In this document: one piece after another, positions 53,560 to 64,000 of the stretch
Numbering within the stretch: position 1 is the first letter of the stretch
Layout of the letters: every line of letters begins with the position of its first letter
From: Eledone cirrhosa
Taxonomy: Eukaryota
Reading direction: 5' to 3'
Length of the DNA: 64,000 bases
NCBI GenBank assembly: GCA_964016885.1
Contig: OZ024740.1
Coordinates: 352,594,001-352,658,000 of the forward strand
Program-made: the position numbers and the translations under genes
Notes under the pieces: generated by a model
The model's database searches: none
Seen by the model: only the letters and a program-made list of their open reading frames with translations
Told to the model about the DNA's origin: nothing

Positions 53560-56500
53560 TTTGCAGCGGCAGCAGCGAAAACAAAGCGTTTATTGAATGT
53601 TGATATTAGCGATAAAGATGAACAGTTGGCCCAGGCGTGGAGTTTAATTAAACGGGAGAGCTCGAGGCTGCTTTGAAGTGCATCGGAAGTGACATAGAGT
53701 ATAAAGCAAGGGCTAAGCAGTTCGGTACCATCTCGGTACTGTTCAAAACCGAGGCCCTTGCTATTAAACACTCGGTAACCCCCTGCAGAACGGAACGCAT
53801 TATCCTGCACCCGTCCTACATGGGAAAAAGGACAGTAAAGGTCCGCATTCCCAGGATCCCACCAGGAATGAACATATGGTGGCTCCTGGGATGCGTAAAC
53901 GAGGAGGGGACAGGCACTACCTTCCTGGATATCAAAAGGACAGAGAGAGAAGACTGGTCCGGAATGGATTTGGAGATTTCTCTCCAAATGAAACCAGAGG
54001 ACATCAACAACATACCAGCTCAAAAATGCAGGGGGTCGCAAACCTCCTTTGTTGCCAACACCAGTGTCAGCACGGAAAGCTGCACCACCACCACCACCAC
54101 CACCACCAAAAACAACACCAACAATGACACAGGTAACCCCACCAACATCAAAAACAGTCGGACCACCACCAGCACCGAAACCAATCCAAGGGGAAAACGA
54201 GGAAAGCTCTCCCACTCCCCTACCCCTCCAACTATACACATAGACAAAACAATAAATGCACACACAGACACAGATACACTCACAGTCATAGACCCTTTGT
54301 CTTCCAGCAGTGAAGATGAAGGAAAACACAAAAGTGCCAAAAAACAAAAGAGAAAACTCACCAAAAGCCCCAACAAAACACAAAAACATACATAACAAAA
54401 AATACAGACACCACTAACGCAAACACTTCCCCAATAACATCAACATCAACACCACCCCCACAATCCCCGAAACGCAAACAACCTAAACAAACAGAATAAG
54501 AAATAGACACACAGACACCTGGAATTGCAGACACCACACCTACAACAAACACAGACACACCCGAAACAACACCACCAAAACCATCACCACCACAATCACC
54601 AAAACGAAAACAAATAAAACCACACCAACAAAACATTAAAAACTTCGTGCTTGTCAGAAGGGCCAACGATAAATTGATGGCGCTCTTAGCATGAAGCGAG
54701 GACATCCAAATAGAGGGGGAGATCTTTGAACTGAACACATTTTGCGTGCCAGAAGATTTGCTTCTGGTGCGAATGTCGCTCAATTCCTACAAAGAAATTC
54801 GAGAGAGCTTTCCTCAAGACGTGGGAACCCCGAACGTGAAACCCACATCAAGACTTTTAAAGGGGTTCCCAAAAGAAACCCCACCAACCATGGAGGTCGA
54901 ACCACCCGACCTTCACAAGACCCCGGGAGGTAAGTAAATCTTCCCTCTCTCTTTTAGCTTGCCAACATGGCCATATTAAGAGTAGGAAGTTTAAATGTTC
55001 GCGGCCTGGGGGTCACCCTGGAAGCAGGCCTGGACGGTAAGTTGGTGGTTCTGGATGTGAGCAGTGGCGAAGGTGGTGCCTTTAGACTGCTGGCCGTCTA
55101 CACCCCTACTGGGGCCGGACGACCGGACTTCTTTAGGCGCCTGGAAACCTTTCTGGGTACATCCCGCTCTCTACTGTTAGCGGGGGACTGGAACGGCATC
55201 TTAGACGCAAGCTGGGATTGTGTGGGAGTAGCTGATAGGAGCGGGGGGTGCAAAAGCCTCAAACACCTAATCAGCCAGTTCCAACTGTCTGACAGGTATC
55301 GACTAGATTTCCCCAATGCGCCAGTGTGGACGTAGACCAACCGCATAGGGTCATCTAGATCGTATATAGACAGGATCTTTATTAGGAAAATAGATAGAAA
55401 TAGTGTAGGCTGCCCAATTTTTAAAACGGTAGCCTATTCAGATGTCAAATTTCTGATGTTTACTCGACCTAGATAAAACGCGTAGGTTGTGACCGGGTTA
55501 CTGGAAGCTGAACATGTCATTTCCGGCACGTAAGGCTTACAGGGACCGAGTCAACAATTTAGTTAAGCAAAGGTTGACAGGGGGGATCATCAACAACAGA
55601 TGGTGGAGCGCTCTCAAAAGAGAGATTAGAGTAACTTCGATAGAGTTCAGCAAAGAACTAGCATTAGTGAAAAATAGAAAGGAGGGGGAGCTGGTAGATA
55701 AGTTAGACGAGGCTATTTGTAGTGGCATTGCAACTGGCGTGCTAGCGGCGAGAATGGCATTAGACCATTTCTTCAATGCGAAACACGAAGGTTGCATTGT
55801 CAGAGCTAAGGCGCGTGCGCTGAGAAACGAGGAAACCAAAGCTGTGCGATGGGCCCGCGTGGCAGAGGCGCAGCGTGGTAATAAAACCACAATTCGGTCT
55901 TTGGCAGACCGAGACGGACACGAGATAAGCGATTCCAAGCGGATGTGTGAGGCCTTTCGCCAGCACTTTGCTCGGTTGTTCGGGGAGAGAGGCGAGTCAG
56001 AGAGAGTAGCGGATTTCAGTCCCTACCTTGACGGCTGGCCGGTTTGGATGGCCCGCCCCATGAGCCTTACGTAAATATGCCAGACTTGTTCTCCGAACTC
56101 CTCGAAGCACTCTACTGCAACTGGCAGCAGAATGGGAGTATTCCCAGTTCTGTGAGCAGAGTAGTGGTGACGCTGATAAGGAAAGACGAGAACAAGAGGG
56201 ATGCATTAGACAACTTCAGGCCCATAACTCTGCTCAACACAGAGTTTAAGGTTTTGGCCAAGGTGTTAGTAAAGAGATTGGCGCTTGTTGTCGAGGATTT
56301 GGTTGGGGAGGCGCAAGCTAGTGCAATCCCAGCCAGGTCCATACACGACAATCTCCACCTCATGCGATACATCATAAGGGGGTAATGTAAACCTGGCTTC
56401 GGTGGAGCACTGATCAATTTAAATCAATCGAAAGCATTCGATAGGGTCGACCATCGGTATCTGTATTTTGTCCTCAAAGCAGCTGGCTTCGGCCCTGTCT

Positions 56501-58365
56501 TCAGAAGCTAGATTGCTGCAATGCACAGCGGCACACGCTCGGTAGTCAAGGTTAATGGCCACCTATCGGAACCATTTCGGCTCTCCCGATCGGTCAGTCA
56601 AGGGTGCCCTCTCTATTCCCTTCTGTACGTATTGACTCTCGAGCCTTTACTGCGGAAGCTGGAGCTGTTGCAGGGCATCCCACCCAAACCGGGACGTGGA
56701 AAGGCGGTGTCGGTTTATGCGGACGACATCACCGTGATGGTGTCGGACACCTCAGAAATCGTGGTGGTCGGCACCTTATTGAAGGAATATGAAAGGTTGA
56801 CAGGAGTCAAACTTAACCCGGAAAAGTCGGTGGGTTTGCAGCTCGGAACCTGGAGAGGCAAGCCTATGTCGTCCAACAGCGTCGTGGGGCGCTGGATGGA
56901 CGGACCGGTAAAGTTGCTCGGGGTTTGGTTCGGACCAGACCTCCAGGTGGAAAATAATTGGGACGAGGTAACGAGCAGAGTAGCCAGTCTCACCCAAAAA
57001 TGGGCTGGAAGGAAGCTATCACTGAAAGGTCGCGCGGAGGTGGCGAATGCGTATATCGCGTCCGTCATCTACTACCGCCTGACCGTCGTGCCTTGCCCCG
57101 TCCACGCCTCGTCAAGTTGGAACGGCTCCGCTTCAAATTCTTGTGGAAAGGACAAGTTCCGTTGGTGAGGCGGTCCATCTGCTGCCAGCACCCTCTACGC
57201 GGAGGGCTGGATATGCCGTGGCTAATGATGCGCAGACATGCGCTGAGGCTGCGACATCTCCAGATATTCTGCCTAAATGGTGAACAGGTGTGGTCGCCGT
57301 TTATCAGACGGGCCTTTCCGCAGCTCGTTTCTTTGACTGAGCTGCAGTCCTGGGTCAAGAGAGACCGAGACTGGGTGACTGGCACCTGGAATGTTGCCAG
57401 GCACTCACTGCTCTCTACCAAGCGGGCAATGCCATCAGTGGAACTTCCACTCTCGAGTTCTATAGAGGATTAGTGGTGGGCAAGTGCGATGACGCATTCG
57501 GAGAAGCTTTGGGCCTCGACGAAGTCGAACTGACTAGTCTGTACCGGAGGACTTTCGAGCCGGGGACGATGGACAATTTCCAGAAATTCCTTGCTTGGCA
57601 GTGCTACCGGGGGGGGGGGGGCACTGCCGGTTCGGGATAAACTCTACAGGCACGTAAGTGCTGTCAGATGGACCTGCCTAAAATGCGCACAGAGCGACGA
57701 AACCGTTCTGTACGCACTTGTCCAATGTCCGTGCATTACTGACTTCTGGAGTTATGTCGAACAGCTACTTTCACGTGTAGAACGGATCCGGCTATCGGCC
57801 GAGTCCATAGTGACGATCGACCCGCCGCCTTCCTTAGGTCAGGAAGAGCAGGCAATTTTCCTCTGTCTGGTGGCCGTTGCGAAAGAGGTTATATCGTGGA
57901 CCAGATTAAAAGGACTGAAGACAGACACTTTTCTCTTCGACCAATCCCTCACCAACTTTTTCAAGTTTCACCTGGAAAGGAAGGTGAGGGTGGAGAGAGA
58001 AGTGCTGCCCCCCAGTACATTTGCTAAAAGGTGGATGAATGTGGCGAGAATGGCCCGTATGAATGGGCCTACTCTGACCATGCGCCTATAGGCTAGCTAA
58101 CTTGAGGAGAGGGGTGCTCTCCCTGGGTGCCCTAAAAACGCGGGGTAGTTCAGGATTGGTGGGGTACCTGAGTCACCCCAGGGTCGTCCACCCCTATAGG
58201 GGAATTTATTTTGTTATATTTATACATAGTTTATTTTATATTTGTATATCTTCATTGTTAAATTAGTCTTGCCATTGTGTACTTTTACTCGACCTTATTG
58301 TAAACCCCCACTGTCCCCGTCTTTGTATTGTCCCCTACATGTCAGCCTTTGTGGCTAATAAATGA
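53560..58365 (+). mobile_element. Tx1/L1-clade LINE (ORF1, APE, RT, Cys/His finger) with stops and deletions
   Basis: GSLNVRGL, GDWN, FRPITLLN, KAFDRVDH, QGCPL, YADD, LSLKGR motifs; aataaa at about 58357. Confidence 0.9.
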
Positions 58366-58679
58366 AATCATTATTTACTGTTCGTCTTACTTTTCTGATT
58401 AACTATCTATCTCACGATTCAACCTTTTATACATTTTTAAGCATTTATTCATCTTTATATTTATATACTTATATGAATGAGCCATGCCCCCGACGGCTGG
58501 GCTTTAGCCGTTTCAATAGCTAGTTCTAGTCTGGAACTAGCCGTTGAAACGGAAAGAGCTCGGCAACCGGGGGTCCTGACTCATTTATATATATACTCTA
58601 CTACCCCCAAGTATTGAGCACTCTGGTGAATAATGGTCTAACCAGTTTCTAACTAAATCCATCCTGATTTATTTATATA

Positions 58680-59434
<755 letters not shown>

Positions 59435-59441
59435 ATACCTT

Positions 59442-59476
<35 letters not shown>

Positions 59477-60723
59477 TTTGTTTGGTGATGGGTTGGTTGC
59501 CTGGTGGATTTGTTCATTTATAGTGGTAGTGGTGAAGTGCAAAGTTGATAAGTAAGTAGCATACTGGTCGAGTAAGTGAAGTGTGTCTTAGTGAGTCGAG
59601 AGAAGTTTTGCCATGTTCGATAAAACAAGTAGTTGTACTCGTTAGTTGTGGTGTGAAGGGATATTACCGTGGGGAAGATGATTTTCCCAAATCACACGAA
59701 TAAGAATTAATAAATGAACAAGATACCGCAAATTTTAATGTTTTTATTTGTAACATGATTATTTCGAAATCATGTGCAGCAATGAATAACGGAAAAAGAT
59801 GCACATATAGCGATGTAGCGTGTTATGTGTGCGAATGTAGAATTCCAAAGTAGTAAATTTTACAAACCTAGCAATAAACTCAGGTATCTCCGACCCCAGC
59901 AGGGCTGGCTAGCGAGTGTGTGGCTACATAATGAGGTTAATCAAATAAGCTATTGCAGAGTCGAAAGCAGATTATATTTGGTGGTTGAAAATCTCTTGTC
60001 TATATAAGAATTAGGTTGCCCGGAAACATTAAACAGATAACATTTTCAGCTGTCCTCTTCTTGGACTCGTGAACCTTCTACAAGAGAACGTTATCTAAGT
60101 GTGTGGCTCTGCGGTCGTAGGTCAGCCTTTTATTTTGGTGGTGTGTGACAGGCTAAGGAAACCATCGTGAGAAAAACATGTTGCGGTTTCGCTAGAGACG
60201 GAAAAGTGAACTGCATTGTCTGTATAACTCGAACTCATATCTGCCATATGCCGGACATCAAAAATGATGATCTAAAATGACGTGAAAATTTGTCATCTCC
60301 GCTTTGGTGTAAAGGTAACGCAATCGTGCGACATGCTGCCCACTCTTTTCCCTTTTTGGGGGTTTATATTCCAAACTTGTCCATCTATTTTTCATAGTCA
60401 AAAGCCTGCGTTGAAGCAATTAACTTTAGCTAACATGAATTCAAAATGCATAATTCGATCTACTCTTCTTAAAAAATTACGATTATTTATTTACATCCTC
60501 TGACCAATAGATAAGCCATAAAATGATGGTAAAGTATCAGCTCTGTTTTGGTGTAATGGTACCACAACCGCCCGGCGTTATGAGAGAGAATGTATGAATA
60601 AATCAGCGGTTAGAGGATATATAAGACAATACAAAGTCTTTTTTTTTTTTTTTCTCATGATTTGAAATTCTGAAAATTCTGAAGCATCATCAAATATTAT
60701 TAATTAGGTTAAAGAAATATTAC

Positions 60724-60841
60724 CTTCATCGTGTTCCACTTCTGTTTCTGTTTTCTTGACAGAAGAATCCCTGCTGGTTTTAAGACTACCATCTATTTTC
60801 TGGTAAGAACTTGCCAGATTTTGAAGAGCACAATTTGTCAT
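60724..60841 (-). CDS. SLC38A7/8-like transporter, putative coding exon 1 (MTNCALQNLASSYQK...EVEHDE)
   Basis: ATG at 60841, open 118 nt, ends G|gtaat in phase 1, matching the phase of the next exon. The N-terminus is non-conserved, so the assignment rests on phase and position. Confidence 0.6.
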
Positions 60842-61226
60842 TTCATAAATGTTGATAAAATTGCTTGGTTATGTCAGTTCATTTAAATCTATATTAAACG
60901 TTTTGCAAGTAAATTTTTATACAGAATCTAACAAACTAGTTTTGCGTGAATGGAGTGATTAGAACTGTTTACAGTTTGGTGTAGTGGGTGTAGGAGGGAA
61001 AGAAAAACCTGTTACAGTATAATCCAAAGGGCCAATAAATTCCTAATTAGCATTAAAATCAACAGCTGTGAGTGTTTAATTCATGCATGAATATGTACGC
61101 ATGTTTGTAATATGTATATGTATATATGAATGTATGTATGGATATGTATGGATATGTATGTATGCAGGTATGTATGTATGCATGCAGAGTTTGCAGCCAT
61201 CATGTATACATGGGTATGTATGTATG

Positions 61227-63159
61227 TTTAACGAAGGGTATTAGTAGTAGTTGTTAGAATGATTATAACAAGAATAGCTCATTACTTTATATATAAAGGT
61301 TTACTTCACTTCAGTCAAAATGAACAACAAATAAGTTAGCACGAGTTGCGAAGGTTGACAATGTTATTTTGTTGTTGGTTTATGAGGCTGGTGTAGTCTG
61401 CGACCAGGAGAGAGAGAGAGAGAGAGAAAGAGTAGTGGTCTGTAGACCTCTGCGGCCTGAAGGTAGCGGTGAATCTTTACATAGCTTGTTTGTATCGTGG
61501 TGCTCCGATCGCTCTGTATAAAACGTGGCAATATACAGGCTTTATATACCTGTCGCTTTCTGTCCCCTGTCTCGGGGGATCACTCACGCAGCAACTTGTT
61601 AACGCCAAAAGGGTGGTGACCTAGAGTTTGACCTTTAGGTGTCACTCAAAGTTCAAGGCGTGGACAGATTTCGCAACATTAGTTCCCTACCCAGATCGAT
61701 GCAGGAGCAGCGATCGATTATAAAAGGGGTAGTGAAATCTGATTCCAGAAGCGTGTCCCAAAACACACAAAATGTGGGTATTGCGCCCGCATTTCGAGTG
61801 CAGAGAAATTTGGAGAGAGAAAAAAATATATCGTATAACTGTGTATGCATGTGTGTGTGTAACATTTAGAAGAAACTGTAAATATACAAAGTTGTGATCA
61901 TGTATTTCGAACTGTTGTGTATGGATGGTTGAACGTTGGGGGTTACGGTATCGGATTGCGATATGATAACACAGAGGACTATTTCTCTCGATGTATCATC
62001 ATACGTAAGATTCTCTTCCCGTGAATCGAGGTTTACGCTATGACATGAGTGTGTGCAATTTTGAGTTGCGTGCCTGAGTGAGTTCAAGCGTGTACCCGTG
62101 GGTTGTTTATCATGTGTTTATTACTGTTGCCGAACCTCGACCCGTTGAAAAGTGATCTCGCAGAGACCCAACCGAATCCAGAATATACCATAGACAAAAA
62201 CATGTTGGTGTGTGACAAAGAAAATGATGTGTGTTTGATGCAAAACGTGTATGTTCATACAGGCATATAATACAGTAAAAAAAATTTAAATGACGTTCAT
62301 ATATAACCTGTAAAAAATATTTTTTTAAATATTTATATAATTGTTCTTTACAAAAAGTTCAGTTTTCTCTTCTTTATGTGATCATTTTCTTGCTAGGAAG
62401 CTAGTAGTATGGTCTGTTGTTGTTGTTGGAGATTACGAAGCACGTGGTGAAGTGTTTGGTAATGAATCGAAACAAAAGCGAATTCACTGTAATTATTCCG
62501 TAGTATGGAAGTTTGGTGAATAATTTGAAAAAGTTAAGTTTTATCATATCGTACCATATAGATGATAAGCTTGGTAAGAGAAAGTTGTTGATGCTGGTAA
62601 ATGAAGCCATGATCAGAAAAATGCGTGGTTTTCTTTTTTTTTAAATAACACTTCGTATTTTTTTAATACTATATATCACGTCGGGTTCACCAATTTAACG
62701 AAGGGTATTAGTAAGAAATTGTTAGATGAATAACATGGTTATTAGATGGATTAACAAGAATAGCATATTTACTTTATATATAAAAAAGGTTTACTTCACT
62801 TCAGTCAAAATGAACAACAAATAAGTTAGCACGAGTTGCGAAGGTTGACAATGTTATTTTGTTGTTGGTTTATGAGGCTGGTGTAGTCTGCGACCAGGAG
62901 AGAGAGAGAAAGAGTAGTGGTCTGTAGACCTCTGCGGCCTGAAGGTAGCGGGGAATCTTTACATAGCTTGTTTGTATCGTGGTGTTCCGATCGCTCTGTA
63001 TAAAACATGGGAATATACAGGCTTTATATACCTGTCGCTTTCTGTCCCCTGTCTCGGGGGATCACTCAAGCATCAACTTGTTAACGCCAAAAGGGTGGTG
63101 ACCTAGAGTTTGACCTTTAGGTGTCACCCAAGGTTCAAGGCGTGGACAGATTTCGCTAC

Positions 63160-63160
<1 letters not shown>
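61227..63160 (-). mobile_element. Non-autonomous LTR element: LTRs of about 450-467 bp (61227..61678, 62694..63160), about 1 kb decayed interior, tRNA-Trp PBS
   Basis: Direct repeats starting TGT on the minus strand; PBS tggtgaacccgacgtgat (62675..62692); TATG on both flanks. Confidence 0.85.
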
Positions 63161-63190
<30 letters not shown>

Positions 63191-63841
63191 TGTATGTATG
63201 TATGTATGTATGTATGTATGTATGTCTCTGAGCGACAGTAGCTATAACCCGAAAAGAAGAAAAGATCAACAGAGAGTGGGATTGGCTCAGTGCACAGTCT
63301 TTCCTCACTTTAAAAAATATCTTCACGCCAGCATTAATTAATAATTATTAATAATGGTATAACTTGCAATGGCCATACTCGATAACGAGAGGGTAGCCAT
63401 CATGTATGTATGTATGTATGCATGTATGTATGTATTATGTATGTATGTATGCATGCATGTATGTATGCATTATGTATGTATGTATATATGTATGTATCTT
63501 GACTCTTTCTCTTAATTTTGAGTATTTTTTGGACCGCCCACCTTCTCGATAGCAAGGTTGAGAACGTTAATGCTTTGAATCATAAGAATGTTTTACAGAT
63601 TTTGAAGATATGTATGCATGCATAATACATGTCGCTCTCGAGCGCTACTGGTAACATATGACCCAATACAACCTGTTTCAGGGTACGGGCGTCGACAACT
63701 AAATCCTATTTTTGGACATTCCGCGGGATGAAAAACAAAGCCCATCAAAGGGTGGAGGGACGCATGAGAGTCAACGGCCATCAAATTAGTGTGTACATAT
63801 GTATTTATTATGTGTGTGTGCGTGTATGAAACTATATGTTG

Positions 63842-63897
<56 letters not shown>

Positions 63898-64000
63898 AAA
63901 GTTATATTTAAAATTGTTGGGTTACAACTAGTAAATATTTATAACTGATATAAAAGCACTCGACAAATATTTGGAGTATATTTACAATATTAAATAAATG

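Overview
Eukaryotic, AT-rich, microsatellite-dense animal DNA. The SINE repertoire and (TA)n/(TACA)n content look cephalopod (octopus-like); this is inference. One host gene spans most of the window: a 9-exon, minus-strand SLC38A7/8-like amino-acid transporter (13715..60841). I reconstructed it by hand: all introns are GT-AG with matching phases, 1395 nt, 464 aa. The rest is mostly transposon-derived: a Tigger/pogo relic, Tc1/mariner and hAT MITEs, a Gypsy LTR element with a 5-bp TSD, a non-autonomous LTR element with a tRNA-Trp PBS, R4/Dong-like and Tx1-like non-LTR elements, RTE/CRE/CR1 fragments, Penelope-like GIY-YIG fragments and many SINEs. The most striking unannotated signal is about 20 type I hammerhead ribozyme motifs from many apparently unrelated sequence families. 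Most have a tiny, usually palindromic stem III (dimer-type). Several lie in non-coding 300-535 bp monomers with terminal redundancy (retrozyme/circRNA-like), and one carries a covarying U3-A8 core. Most ORF-track entries are microsatellite artefacts. Repeat boundaries are approximate unless a TSD or TIR is quoted.
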